38,440 nucleotides of DNA from a virus (Duplodnaviria > Heunggongvirae > Uroviricota > Caudoviricetes): the IMG/VR virus record IMGVR_UViG_2663762939_000006. One strand, given 5' to 3'. Both the position numbers and the translations under genes were made by a program. Shown here piece after piece: positions 17,982 through 27,754 of the stretch. The notes under the pieces are model-generated. The model saw only the letters and a list, made by a program, of their open reading frames with translations, was not told the DNA's origin and searched no databases. How positions within the stretch are numbered: position 1 is the first letter of the stretch; every line of letters begins with the position of its first letter.

Positions 17982-19097
17982 TTACAGGCAGCGTGCGACA
18001 GCAGCCTCATAGCTGATGCCTTCTTTTTTGGACAGGGCCACTGCTTTCTGATGCAGGGCCAGACGCTCAGGATCGGCTTCCGCAAACTCTGCCACATCCA
18101 CCTTCACCGTGTCGCCGACACGCTCTTTTGTGGCCTGTTCGGCGAAATTCATCACCGGCTCCCCGTCGGAGAGCAATGAACGAAAGGCGGTGGCCAGCGG
18201 TGTGCGGCTTTCCCCCTCAGCAAACTCCACCGGCTTGTCGCCACCGGCGACGGCATCCAGCAGGGCAACCACCACGGAGGAGGCGCGGGGAGCCAGACGG
18301 CCCTCTGCGACCAGTTTTTCTGCAAAGGCCACATTGTCCTTATGCAGTTGCTCCTGTCTGACCTGTGCATCACGCGCATCGCGATCAGCAGCCTGCTGCT
18401 TCAGGCGGCGGTTCTCCTCCTGAAGGGCTTCAATCTCTTCTTTTGTCATCGATGATTCCTCGTTACTTGCGGAAGACGGCCCCGGGCCTGTCTCACTGAA
18501 TTGTGCACCTGCTGCATCCTGCGACAGTGTGTCGCGGTACGCCTCTTCGCGCAGACTGTTGAGCTGCCATTCCGGCAGGACTTTTTCTGCCTCGTCCAGA
18601 CTGAAGCGGGCGATCAGAAAATCGCGCAGCTTTCCCCACAGGGAGGCATTCGTGATGGCCTGCCAGTCGGCGAACTCCACCACACCTTCTTCCTGCTCAC
18701 TGAAGGACACCTGTTTCAGCCCCTTGACGGAAGGTGGCTGTGCCCCGAGAAAGCCCACATGGCGAAGGTAGAGCACGCCGGGCTTCGGATTGGACGGTGA
18801 ATCCGGGAGGTAGAAAGAGGCGGACACTTTTTTGAATCGTCCGTCGGTGACCATCTCAGCAAACTGCGGGTCCAGCTGGGCAGGCTCTGCCATCAGATCG
18901 ACGCCGCTGAGCGACAGGGCTTTCACCCAGCCCCACGCCGGGTCTTCCGTTCTGGGATGACCAATCACGAGTGGTGCTTCATGGACGGACGGGTCATAGG
19001 CTTTCACGCAGGCGGCAAGATCGTCTGGCGTGAACGGCAGTTTTTTGCCGTGCATATCGGTATGAGTACCGGCTTTAAAAATGTGAATGGCTGACAT
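17982..19097 (-). CDS. head maturation protease/scaffold (Mu I-like)
   Basis: 371 aa; N-terminal protease-like region and acidic/coiled-coil scaffold-like C-terminal half. Confidence 0.75.
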   Translation of the reverse strand: MSAIHIFKAGTHTDMHGKKLPFTPDDLAACVKAYDPSVHEAPLVIGHPRTEDPAWGWVKALSLSGVDLMAEPAQLDPQFAEMVTDGRFKKVSASFYLPDSPSNPKPGVLYLRHVGFLGAQPPSVKGLKQVSFSEQEEGVVEFADWQAITNASLWGKLRDFLIARFSLDEAEKVLPEWQLNSLREEAYRDTLSQDAAGAQFSETGPGPSSASNEESSMTKEEIEALQEENRRLKQQAADRDARDAQVRQEQLHKDNVAFAEKLVAEGRLAPRASSVVVALLDAVAGGDKPVEFAEGESRTPLATAFRSLLSDGEPVMNFAEQATKERVGDTVKVDVAEFAEADPERLALHQKAVALSKKEGISYEAAVARCL

Positions 19098-19311
19098 TTT
19101 GCTGTCCCGCGTTATGTTGTCGGAGACAGTTTGTGAGAAATGCAGGCCCGGCGATTTTAATCTGCTTTAGAAAACATCAGGGGAGAAGGACAGGGAAAGC
19201 AATGCGGTGAACCGGAGGCGGTTATAAAACAGAGGCTGTAAAGCCTTTATAAAGGTAATACAGCCCCTCATTCGCTGGCAATGATAAATCACCCGCCTGA
19301 AGAGAGAAAAC

Positions 19312-19770
19312 TCAGCGACGGGCCGCTGATTCAAGATGGCGGACAATGGTATCGAGGATGGGGATTACCACTTCAGGCTGTAGTTCTCCATCCCCCGTCA
19401 CCGGCAGGAACGGGCGGGCCGGAAGTTCAACAGACTCATTACGCCCCGTTTTACCCCCGAACTGGTGAATGGCACCGTAAACAACGTTGGTCCCCACAAC
19501 AGCCTGCCGGTCGTCATGGTCGGTTGATACTGACCCCATCAGACGCCCGGTATCCTGCAGTGTCTGCCCGTCACGTTCTTCCGCTGCCAGCGAGGGGATC
19601 CACCCCGGACGCCCCTCATCAAGAAAGTTAAACTGTGTTTCCGCCAGCAGGGTTCCGGCGATTTTGCGCATCGCGGGCTCCAGGTCTGTGGCAGCAAGAT
19701 CCAGCGCACGGAGGCTCCGGCGCAGGGATTTATCGTTAATGGTGATACTGACCAGGTTATCGGAAGCCAT
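19312..19770 (-). CDS. virion morphogenesis protein (Mu G family)
   Basis: 152 aa with ..VVYGAIHQFGG.. motif typical of the Mu G family. Confidence 0.75.
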   Translation of the reverse strand: MASDNLVSITINDKSLRRSLRALDLAATDLEPAMRKIAGTLLAETQFNFLDEGRPGWIPSLAAEERDGQTLQDTGRLMGSVSTDHDDRQAVVGTNVVYGAIHQFGGKTGRNESVELPARPFLPVTGDGELQPEVVIPILDTIVRHLESAARR

Positions 19771-19772
19771 TG

Positions 19773-20594
19773 TTATCCTCTCAGTTCCTGTTGTGCCAGT
19801 GGCTGAAGCGTACCCTGATAGCGGGCCAGGTCGGGACGGTATGCTGCCCCCGGTGCATAAGACCAGCCGACGTCGGTGGTCACCTTCGTGGTGCCGGTAT
19901 TAAAGGTGGCCACGTTCCGCATTTCGCCGGTTTTCTCTGAGACCAGTTTCAGTTCCTGGCCCATGGCAGAGCCGGAGCTGATAACCTTCAGGCCACGGGC
20001 ACGTACATCCGCCGCACTCAGGGCAATCACACTACAGCGGCAGCGCCAGCCGTTCGGCGGGTAAAATGCCTGCCAGAACGGGTCATCCCAGCGCAGCACC
20101 AGACCATGCAGCGCCAGATGGCTCCTGCGGGTATGGCTGTCGTTGATGCCGGTATACATCCAGTACGGCCTGTCGTCGACGTTTTCCATCTGTTCCGCCC
20201 AACGACCGGCGCTGTAGAGTACGGACATATTGGTGCGAAAGATGGTATCGAGCCGCCACGGACTGCCCTGCTGAATGGTGACCGGCTTACCCGTTACCGG
20301 GTCAGTCGTGTCACGTGGTCCCCACCATCCCTTACGCTTCAGCACCGGCTCCAGCTCCTGCCGGAACCAGCGATCGGTTTTTCCTTCATCGACAGCCTGC
20401 TGCAGTGCCCCGCGAATATCTTCCAGGATATCCAGGCGGGTCACTTTAGCAACGGTAAAGGCGCGGGCATGGGCCTCCTGCCACATTTCTTCCCAGTCCC
20501 AGGTAATCTGATACCCTTTGGACTTCAGGTAACTGACTGCCCGCTTCGGGGGAAGCGTCATGCAGTACGCCAGTTCAGCCGTTGTCACGCTCAT
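19773..20594 (-). CDS. head morphogenesis protein (Mu F / SPP1 gp7 family)
   Basis: First ATG of the ORF at 20592-20594 (track start 20621 is TTG); family-typical size; overlaps portal 3' end by 20 nt. Confidence 0.7.
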   Translation of the reverse strand: MSVTTAELAYCMTLPPKRAVSYLKSKGYQITWDWEEMWQEAHARAFTVAKVTRLDILEDIRGALQQAVDEGKTDRWFRQELEPVLKRKGWWGPRDTTDPVTGKPVTIQQGSPWRLDTIFRTNMSVLYSAGRWAEQMENVDDRPYWMYTGINDSHTRRSHLALHGLVLRWDDPFWQAFYPPNGWRCRCSVIALSAADVRARGLKVISSGSAMGQELKLVSEKTGEMRNVATFNTGTTKVTTDVGWSYAPGAAYRPDLARYQGTLQPLAQQELRG

Positions 20595-22071
20595 GCAGAC
20601 GTCCCCAGATATTTGCCACAAAGAGAATACGGGCCAGCCGTTCCTGCAGATCGTCCGTGTTCATCTGAGGGTAGAGCTCCGCCAGTTCGCCCAGCAGCTC
20701 AGTCGGGTTAACCCCGTTTTCGACCCGCTTAAACAGAGGTGCCAGGACGGGTTCCAGCGTGCCATTTAACACACCTCCGTTCATCAGAATGTCCAGCGCG
20801 TCGTCAAGCTGCTGCTGAGCCTGAATATCGGCATCAATCGCCTCGGCAAATGACAGCGGCAGCATGTTATTCTGGCGTTCCGACGGTGGTGTCTCGTCAA
20901 TATCGCCGTCCTGCAGCTGGTACTCACGCTTAAAGTATTGCGGGGTCAGACGCAGACCCGCCCGGGTGAGTTTTTCGTCGCGGGTGGCGCGGGTGTCATC
21001 AATGGTCTCCTGTTCCCACATGGCCCAGACCGGACACGGCACATCGCCGAAGTTCAGGGTGACCACCGTTCTGATAACCTGATTCACTGCTGCCTGAATG
21101 ATGTCCGCATCCGCATCGCGGATATCAGCCGTTACCTCCAGCCCGGCCTGTGCAGAGGCCTTGTTACTGTTCGCTTCCGTGGTCTGATTCTGACCAAGTA
21201 ATGCAATGGAGATCTCACTGCGTGACAGTGTGATCAGCTCGCGGAATACCTCGCTGCTGTCCGCCTTACCATCCGCGGCTTTGAGTTCGATGCTGCTGTC
21301 ATCGGGGATGGCGGCCACCGCGTCCTCCACCATCTGCTCCATGGAGTCCAGCAGTTTTTCAATCTCTGCATCATTTGCACCCCTCGGGTGCTTACCGATC
21401 ACCCACGGGGAGCCAAACTTTTCGGCAAAGCGGAGCCAGAATTTCATCCCGCCTTTCTTGAAGGCGACCGGCCAGAAGCACATGGACAGGTCCGGGAAAC
21501 CGTAAGGATTGTCATACGAGGCATCCTGTGCCGGCACCACGAATTTTGACGGTGACAGCAGCTCACCCTCCACACCCGCATCACGCGCCCGGAAGCGCAG
21601 GCAGTTGTCCGTATCAAACTGAAACCACTCAGGCGGTTTGCCGACAATATCCGTCACTGCCCACGCCCTGACCGAACGGCCCCACATGATTTCACAGGGC
21701 TGATACCCGTAGAGCACGGCATCACTCATCTCACCGATGATGCGGGACAGATCCAGATCGTCGAGCATGTCGCGGATGAAACGGAAGACCCGGGCAGAAG
21801 CGTGACCGCGCTCCAGTCCACGCTCCAGTGATTTGAGCGCTGCTTTACGTCTGCGGATACAGCCCCCAACCAGCGGGTCGGTGCGCAGTTCGCGGTAGAT
21901 ACGGATATCCCGTCCCTGAGCCTTGAGAATGGGATCAGGATTGGGCAGATACATGCCCAGTCCGTAAAAGTCGATCGCGCGGCTGCGGGAGGCAATCTGC
22001 GCGGTCAGTGATTTCTGAGGCTCAGAAAAAGCAACAAATTCATCGGGTGAAACCCAGATACCCCTCGCCAT
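20575..22071 (-). CDS. portal protein (Mu gp29-like)
   Basis: 498 aa directly downstream of terminase large subunit, overlapping stop/start. Confidence 0.75.
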   Translation of the reverse strand: MARGIWVSPDEFVAFSEPQKSLTAQIASRSRAIDFYGLGMYLPNPDPILKAQGRDIRIYRELRTDPLVGGCIRRRKAALKSLERGLERGHASARVFRFIRDMLDDLDLSRIIGEMSDAVLYGYQPCEIMWGRSVRAWAVTDIVGKPPEWFQFDTDNCLRFRARDAGVEGELLSPSKFVVPAQDASYDNPYGFPDLSMCFWPVAFKKGGMKFWLRFAEKFGSPWVIGKHPRGANDAEIEKLLDSMEQMVEDAVAAIPDDSSIELKAADGKADSSEVFRELITLSRSEISIALLGQNQTTEANSNKASAQAGLEVTADIRDADADIIQAAVNQVIRTVVTLNFGDVPCPVWAMWEQETIDDTRATRDEKLTRAGLRLTPQYFKREYQLQDGDIDETPPSERQNNMLPLSFAEAIDADIQAQQQLDDALDILMNGGVLNGTLEPVLAPLFKRVENGVNPTELLGELAELYPQMNTDDLQERLARILFVANIWGRLHERDNG

Positions 22072-23594
22072 CAGAATCCCTCCAGCATACGGGCCGCCTG
22101 ACGACGACGGCGTGAGCTTGCCTTCACCGGCCCTTTGTTAATTTCACGGCTGGCGAAATACGCCAGCGCCAGTGCGATGGCTGAATCCCCGTGACGTTTA
22201 CCACCATCAGCCTTTGCTTTTGAGCGTTGCTCCGGCACGCGGGGGACACCGTTCACCACCTGAACGGCCCGCAGGTCATCCAGTGTGTCTTCATCCTTTG
22301 GTAAGTCCACCAGGTTACCGTCTTCCAGTGCAGCTTTGACCGGAGGCATATGCTCCCGGTACCAGCCTTCGGTTGGCATCACCTGCTGAACCCGGCCGGA
22401 GCCGTAGCGCTGCATGGCGTATTCAGCCAGATAGGCACCATTACCACGGGCATCAAACGCTGCACCCAGCAGACCGGGCAGGCCATCCATCAGATACCAG
22501 GTGATTTGCTCCTGCTGCCTGAACGGCACGTTACGTAACTCCAGTACGAATGGCACGCGTCGTATCAGGTTCTTCTCCTGCAACAACGGGTAGTCCACCG
22601 ACAAATCCCCGCTACGGCCAAAGTCACGCCCCAGAAAAGAGCGGGCACCAGCGGGGAGCGCCTCCAGTAATGGTTTCAGATGCTCATCAAGCCAGTCCTG
22701 CGTCTCGCGGAAGCGAACCTCATCAGACAGCAGTTCATAACCTTCCTTGCAGGTCAGACGCAATACCGGCGTATCAGCGGACATGCGGGACTCTATCAGG
22801 GCTCGGGACAGCCAGGCACCGCCACCGTTGGCCGGAATACAGTCAAGCTCTTCGGATGCACCGGCACCGTAGAATTTGTACACCGACGCCATCCAGGCCT
22901 GCTCGGATGCCTCCGACCATTCCTTCCCGGTGCGCAGACAAACGCGCCGGAACAGCCCCTCAGATACGGCTTCCCGGAAAGTAATGCGATGTACGCTGCC
23001 TCCCTGACGTCCGGCACGGATATCCCCGATAAGCGTATTGAACGGATTGTCGTCACCGTCATGGGTGGAGATAACGCGTACCTTTCCCCCCCAGATAAGC
23101 ATCGCCAGCGCCGCTTTCAGCAGTTCGTCCAGTTGCTCATGGAACGCCGCTTCGTCGATAACAATAATACCCTGACGGCCACGCAGGTTAGACGGGCGGC
23201 TGGAGAGCGCAACAATACGAAAGCCGGAGTCAGGAAATTTGATGGTGTAAGTCCTGATGTGTTTGTCGTCGTCGTCCTCTTCCCAGAATCCTTCTTCAAT
23301 TTCACTGGCCGCATAGTTGAATGCCCGTGCCCACATCGCACACGCCTGAATGTATTCGACGGTCATGTCCTGGTTATAAGCGATGTAATACACATTCATC
23401 CCGCCTGCTGGCGCAGAAGAGGCGGCGGTCAGTACGTTATCGGATGCCTCAGCCCATGTAATACCGGTACGACGGCTCTTTTCTATCACCTTAAGCGGAG
23501 AGGCATCTGCCACCCAGCGCTGCTGGTAGGGCAACAGAACGGGAGGGGCCTTATAACTCGCGGTGTCAGGAATGTGCGGCGGCAGCTCCGTCAT
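22071..23594 (-). CDS. terminase large subunit (Mu gp28-like)
   Basis: 507 aa; ATPase-like N-terminal and nuclease-like C-terminal regions; position. Confidence 0.75.
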   Translation of the reverse strand: MTELPPHIPDTASYKAPPVLLPYQQRWVADASPLKVIEKSRRTGITWAEASDNVLTAASSAPAGGMNVYYIAYNQDMTVEYIQACAMWARAFNYAASEIEEGFWEEDDDDKHIRTYTIKFPDSGFRIVALSSRPSNLRGRQGIIVIDEAAFHEQLDELLKAALAMLIWGGKVRVISTHDGDDNPFNTLIGDIRAGRQGGSVHRITFREAVSEGLFRRVCLRTGKEWSEASEQAWMASVYKFYGAGASEELDCIPANGGGAWLSRALIESRMSADTPVLRLTCKEGYELLSDEVRFRETQDWLDEHLKPLLEALPAGARSFLGRDFGRSGDLSVDYPLLQEKNLIRRVPFVLELRNVPFRQQEQITWYLMDGLPGLLGAAFDARGNGAYLAEYAMQRYGSGRVQQVMPTEGWYREHMPPVKAALEDGNLVDLPKDEDTLDDLRAVQVVNGVPRVPEQRSKAKADGGKRHGDSAIALALAYFASREINKGPVKASSRRRRQAARMLEGF

Positions 23595-24133
23595 GATACC
23601 ACCCCCAGAATTTCCCGGCGCAGTGCCTGTACGGCTTCCGCAGAGAGCCCGCCCTTACGGGCAATTTTCTCGGCGGCAGCGGCAGCACGTTCAACCCTCT
23701 CTCTGACTTCTGCCTGATAGCGCTTGAGGTTGACCGAGGCGCGGGTCAGTGTGGCGATATTTTTTGAAGCCGTTGCCAGCAGTTTTGCCCGGGCGAAGGG
23801 ATCGTCGTTTTCCCGCGACTCCTGCAGGCGCATCAGGATATCCGTCATTTCGGTCTGGACGAGGGTTATCAGCCCGGCTGAACGGTCATCAGGATCGTCT
23901 CCGGCCTCCCGGGCAAGCAGACGCGCTGCCTCGGTTGCCGCCCGCACCCGGGCCAGTTGCTGCTCCATTTTGTAGCCAAACCGCTGCAGGGAAGAGCGGG
24001 TGATGCTGTACCCCTTTTCCTTCAACAGACTTTCAAGCTCTGCATAGCCGGTGAAATTATTCTCCGTCAGTGCCCGCTCAAGCCAGCGACGGACCTCCTT
24101 CGGCAGAGAATCAATGCTGCTGCGACGTCCCAT
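23591..24133 (-). CDS. terminase small-subunit-like protein (Mu gp27-like)
   Basis: ATG at 24131-24133 (track start 24139 is GTG); N-terminal ..RRSSIDSLPKEVRRWL.. DNA-binding-like region. Confidence 0.6.
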   Translation of the reverse strand: MGRRSSIDSLPKEVRRWLERALTENNFTGYAELESLLKEKGYSITRSSLQRFGYKMEQQLARVRAATEAARLLAREAGDDPDDRSAGLITLVQTEMTDILMRLQESRENDDPFARAKLLATASKNIATLTRASVNLKRYQAEVRERVERAAAAAEKIARKGGLSAEAVQALRREILGVVS

Positions 24134-24135
24134 AA

Positions 24136-24447
24136 TCACTCACTCCAGTATTTTTCCGGGCGGGCAATACCGGGGCCGCATTCCACGGTGTATTCCACAA
24201 TATCCACACCAAGGCGACTCAGATCGGCAAACCAGTCACCGGAAGGCCTCTTCTCCAGTTCCACCATCTTGCGATCTGCCAGGTAATCAAGCTCACGGCG
24301 CAGCTCCAGTTGCGTGGTGTCCGGGTAGATGGCGCGGGACACTTCCAGCAGCAGCGTCTCGCTGGCGGTATAAGGGCGGGTTTTGTTCAGGGCAACCAGC
24401 AGACTCCAGCGCAGGGATTCGCGGCGTACCCGGGTAATATCGACCAT
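24136..24447 (-). CDS. hypothetical protein (Mu gp26-like position)
   Basis: 103 aa with SD GGAGG; between lysis cassette and terminase. Confidence 0.5.
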   Translation of the reverse strand: MVDITRVRRESLRWSLLVALNKTRPYTASETLLLEVSRAIYPDTTQLELRRELDYLADRKMVELEKRPSGDWFADLSRLGVDIVEYTVECGPGIARPEKYWSE

Positions 24448-24773
24448 TATTGACCTCCGGTATTGCGGTACTGCTGTACCACTTCCAGTTTGTTGTAGAG
24501 CGCGTCCAGTTTGGCCTCGATGACTGTCTGGCCACGGATATAATCCTCGCGACGGACATAATTCAGCGGTAAATCCGCTTTAAATCGCATAAATTCTTTT
24601 TCCAGTTCGCCCCAGTTGGAGGCGGACTGTTGCAGGGCCTGCTCAAGGGAGGCGAATCGTGCCGCCTGGCGTTCTTCTGTTTTACTGAACAACCATTTGG
24701 CGAGCCCTCCCACAAACCCCATGAAGGTGAGCAAAAAACTCACCACCGTCCAGAATTCAACCTGCAGTGTCAT
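24447..24773 (-). CDS. small membrane protein (lysis-associated, Mu gp25-like position)
   Basis: N-terminal TM helix (FWTVVSFLLTFMGFVGGLAKWLF); ATG overlaps Rz stop (ATGA). Confidence 0.5.
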   Translation of the reverse strand: MTLQVEFWTVVSFLLTFMGFVGGLAKWLFSKTEERQAARFASLEQALQQSASNWGELEKEFMRFKADLPLNYVRREDYIRGQTVIEAKLDALYNKLEVVQQYRNTGGQ

Positions 24774-25381
24774 TTCTGTAATCCTTCCCGTTCATCCAGT
24801 AGCGCGTTTATCTGGTTTCGCCAGCGACGACATTGCCCTGCGTTGTCGATGATGTTGGCAAGGACGTCAAGCTGGGAGACACCCGAATTGCGTAACCGGG
24901 CGTCAGCGGTTTCAGGTTGCCCGGTCGCTGCGCCAGTGCCGGTGCCAGCGGCGGCAACTGAGTCTGAATGACCGGTGTCGACGGATGCGTTGTCGTATCC
25001 GAGTGCGGCGTTGTACTGGCGCACGAAACCGCGAGTAAACACGCACTCAATGGGATGGCTCTTACCTTTTTCATCAATCCAGCGCTGTGTGACATCGTTA
25101 ATTTGCCCCTGTAGTTGTTTGTTCTGGTCCTCCAGTTGAGCAATCTGCTCAAGATAACCAGCTTCAGCCCGTTGCCCGGCGGCTACCTGCTCCTGATAAC
25201 GCTCAGACCATGCGCGCAACGCCGCCACCTCACGCCGGGCCTGTTCTGCCCGGTATCCGTCAAAATCCGCCTGCAGGCGGCTGAGCGCCGCCTGACCGTC
25301 AGCGGAGGCCCGGTCGTGGCCTGTGCTGTATCCCAGCCACCAGATCGCCAGCAGGAAGGTGTTCAGGAGAATGGCCAGCAT
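24770..25381 (-). CDS. i-spanin (Rz-like)
   Basis: ATG at 25379-25381 followed by N-terminal TM (LAILLNTFLLAIWWLGY) and coiled-coil-rich periplasmic part; contains an embedded lipoprotein ORF. Confidence 0.65.
   Translation of the reverse strand: MLAILLNTFLLAIWWLGYSTGHDRASADGQAALSRLQADFDGYRAEQARREVAALRAWSERYQEQVAAGQRAEAGYLEQIAQLEDQNKQLQGQINDVTQRWIDEKGKSHPIECVFTRGFVRQYNAALGYDNASVDTGHSDSVAAAGTGTGAATGQPETADARLRNSGVSQLDVLANIIDNAGQCRRWRNQINALLDEREGLQK
24808..25074 (-). CDS. o-spanin (Rz1-like) embedded in the +1 frame of the Rz-like gene
   Basis: Embedded ORF with MKKVRAIPLSACLLAVSC lipobox-like signal then a Pro-rich mature region; start inferred. Confidence 0.55.
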   Translation of the reverse strand: MKKVRAIPLSACLLAVSCASTTPHSDTTTHPSTPVIQTQLPPLAPALAQRPGNLKPLTPGYAIRVSPSLTSLPTSSTTQGNVVAGETR

Positions 25382-25409
25382 AATGACCCGCCACGGCAGC
25401 GACCGTAAC

Positions 25410-26147
25410 TTACGTACCCACACAGCTTGCCCCTCCCCATGAGAGATAACGCGGGGCCAGCGTGAACAGGATGCGCTGGGGATAATGACGGTTCTCCCGC
25501 CAGCTGGCAGTGCTGCGTCCGGCATTCACCGTGGCGACATGACCAAACCAGCGGGTGCTGTCCAGCCCTTTTTGTGATGCAAGCCGCCTGTCCCGCTGTA
25601 CCCAGCCCAGACCACCGTTATAGCCCGACAGTGTCATGGCCATACGCTCGCAGTCACTGGCGGCGCTGACGCGCTGCCACAGCCAGCGGTCATAGCTGAC
25701 CAGCGCCCGGATGGCCCATGCCGGATTAAATGGCTCACGGCTGTTAAGCCCCGGCATCAACTGACTTATCCAGTCGGCGGTGGCGGGCATGAACTGCGCC
25801 AGTCCCTGAGCGCCAACCGGCGAGATCGCATCAGGTCGCCAGCCGCTTTCCTGATGCAGTTGCGCAGCGAAATCAGCCACCGGCGCAGACAGTCCCCATT
25901 CAAGCCGGGCATTACGGATCACATCATCGCGATACTGCAGCGCTGCCTGCGGAGGCTGCGCTGCGCGGGCCTGACTGAAGAAGCCGCCACACCAGAGCAA
26001 CATTGCGACAAAGAATACCCGTGCCATATGAACCAGAAAGGTCCCGGCGCGGACTGACAGGCGTTCGGTTCTGATGAAGACCCTAAAGGCTTCGAAAGCC
26101 AGTTTCAGGGACATGCATACAATCCAGGTGATCTGCGGCCAGTTCAT
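25410..26147 (-). CDS. lytic transglycosylase-type endolysin (SLT domain), signal/SAR-anchored
   Basis: ..AQLHQESGWRPDAISPVGAQGLAQFMP.. SLT-like motif; hydrophobic N-terminus; ATG at 26145-26147 two nt after holin stop (alternative ATG 26027). Confidence 0.7.
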   Translation of the reverse strand: MNWPQITWIVCMSLKLAFEAFRVFIRTERLSVRAGTFLVHMARVFFVAMLLWCGGFFSQARAAQPPQAALQYRDDVIRNARLEWGLSAPVADFAAQLHQESGWRPDAISPVGAQGLAQFMPATADWISQLMPGLNSREPFNPAWAIRALVSYDRWLWQRVSAASDCERMAMTLSGYNGGLGWVQRDRRLASQKGLDSTRWFGHVATVNAGRSTASWRENRHYPQRILFTLAPRYLSWGGASCVGT

Positions 26148-26149
26148 GA

Positions 26150-26500
26150 TTAAAGCCCCATCGCAACAGCCAGACAGACCGCTGCAACAATCAGTGCACG
26201 GCGGATTAACGCAGCAGAAAACACCAGGTGAAGGCCGGTCTGTACCGGGAAACGCCCATCAGCCATCAGCCTGTCGTCATGTTTCAGGTACTGACCGGGA
26301 CGGGCTTTGGGGAAGAGCGAACGGTCAAGCCAGTAACCCAGCACTGCTGCCAGCGTGATGAGTGCCAGCTTGTAGATCACAACAGGCAACTGCTGTGGTG
26401 AGACCAGAGCGATGGTGCCCAGCAACAGCACTGAGGTCAGCAGCCAGCCGCTGAGGCGAGGTTTTTTAACAGGGGGAATGAATTTTTTCAGGTTTTTCAT
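26150..26500 (-). CDS. holin-like membrane protein
   Basis: ATG at 26498-26500 with SD AAGGAG; three predicted TM segments; first gene of the lysis cassette. Confidence 0.55.
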   Translation of the reverse strand: MKNLKKFIPPVKKPRLSGWLLTSVLLLGTIALVSPQQLPVVIYKLALITLAAVLGYWLDRSLFPKARPGQYLKHDDRLMADGRFPVQTGLHLVFSAALIRRALIVAAVCLAVAMGL

Positions 26501-26630
26501 GTGTGTCTCCTTGTCTGGTGGAGACAGCATCACAAATACAGGGCGCGAAGGATTTTAAAGCGCGTTAAGAGAGCCGGGGATACGGGATGTGCAGGATAAA
26601 CGATGAATTATTCACAGAGGAGAATACGAT

Positions 26631-27374
26631 ATGACGCAGACACTGAATCCGGTCATCACTGTCACCGTGTCCGGTCCTGTGGGCAGCGGTAAAAGTTACA
26701 TATTGGCGCGGATAGAGGAAGTGGTGAAACAGGAATTCGGGGGCAGCGTCATTGTCGATGCTGCAGACGTAGATGATGAGCGGCGTATGAGTGGCGATGA
26801 TCTGACGACCTGGCAGAAGCCACGGGGTGGCACAGTGATCAGGCTGGAGGAATACACGGGACAGGGCCTGTTGTCATACGGCGAGGAGCGTATCTGTCGG
26901 ACGAATGAGCTGCTGGATGTTATATGCCCCACGGGCCGGCAACCCTGGATACTGCCCGATGCACTGCATGCCACCATTGCGGCACTGATGACAGTTTACG
27001 ATCAGGAGCTGCTCATGAAGGAGCTACGTAAACTCACCGGTCAGCCAACAGAATGTTTTTCTGCCCCGAAGTACGGGAAACAGGAACACATCCCGGTGAA
27101 CACGCTCCCCGTTAACCAGCCTCCCCGGTTCTTCGACGAATACATTCTGACACCGGAAAATAAAGCTGAGCACGAAGAGATCAAAGCGGCGTTGTTCCGG
27201 GAAATCAGGAAGATTGCTGAAATGCAACTGGGGGGCGGGCTGGACAGAGTGATGGCGAGAGGAGAATGGGAGTCGCTGTTTGAAAGAGTTTCCCCGGAAT
27301 TACTTCCCCTCGCACTGGCTATCGGGATTATGCAGACAGCGGATAAACCTCACTTACGTTCATTAAACACGTAA
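26631..27374 (+). CDS. P-loop NTPase (Walker A GPVGSGKS at residues 15-22), possibly small kinase-like; function unknown
   Basis: ATG 26631 with SD GAGGAG; divergent from the late operon; N-terminal Walker A then VIVDAAD. Confidence 0.6.
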   Translation: MTQTLNPVITVTVSGPVGSGKSYILARIEEVVKQEFGGSVIVDAADVDDERRMSGDDLTTWQKPRGGTVIRLEEYTGQGLLSYGEERICRTNELLDVICPTGRQPWILPDALHATIAALMTVYDQELLMKELRKLTGQPTECFSAPKYGKQEHIPVNTLPVNQPPRFFDEYILTPENKAEHEEIKAALFREIRKIAEMQLGGGLDRVMARGEWESLFERVSPELLPLALAIGIMQTADKPHLRSLNT

Positions 27375-27754
27375 CGCATAATCCGGGATACGCATTCAGC
27401 GATGACTGCATTTTCACCGGTTTTTACTGCATCCAGAAGTGACTCTTTAAATGGTGCGGGCCGGGGCTGCAGAAGGGTCGGCGTGGCATTGAGCAGACGG
27501 AGCGTTTTTTCCGTGAGGACGACATCAGCCGCTCCCACAGCCAGCAACTGAGAGTAACGAATATAGCTGTTATCCCGAAGCCATATCAGCGTATCAATAA
27601 AATACCGGCACTTTTTCTGGTCGTGATCAACCTGGTCCGGGATATCGAAAAAACCAGAATAAATCAAAACCTGAGGTGCCGGATGCGTGTTCAGTAATCG
27701 GCAGAATATTTTGCCGGTGAGTGCATAAAAATCATCATTTAAGGAGTGCATCAT
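27350..27754 (-). CDS. hypothetical protein (134 aa)
   Basis: 134-codon open frame unlikely by chance; start ATG shares the palindromic TCATGA with the plus-strand gene; weak SD. Confidence 0.4.
   Translation of the reverse strand: MMHSLNDDFYALTGKIFCRLLNTHPAPQVLIYSGFFDIPDQVDHDQKKCRYFIDTLIWLRDNSYIRYSQLLAVGAADVVLTEKTLRLLNATPTLLQPRPAPFKESLLDAVKTGENAVIAECVSRIMRYVFNERK

Noticed and set aside
22680-23717. 345-aa plus-strand ORF
   Set aside because: Lies entirely antisense to the terminase large subunit and gp27-like genes, which are coupled with neighbours; no SD.
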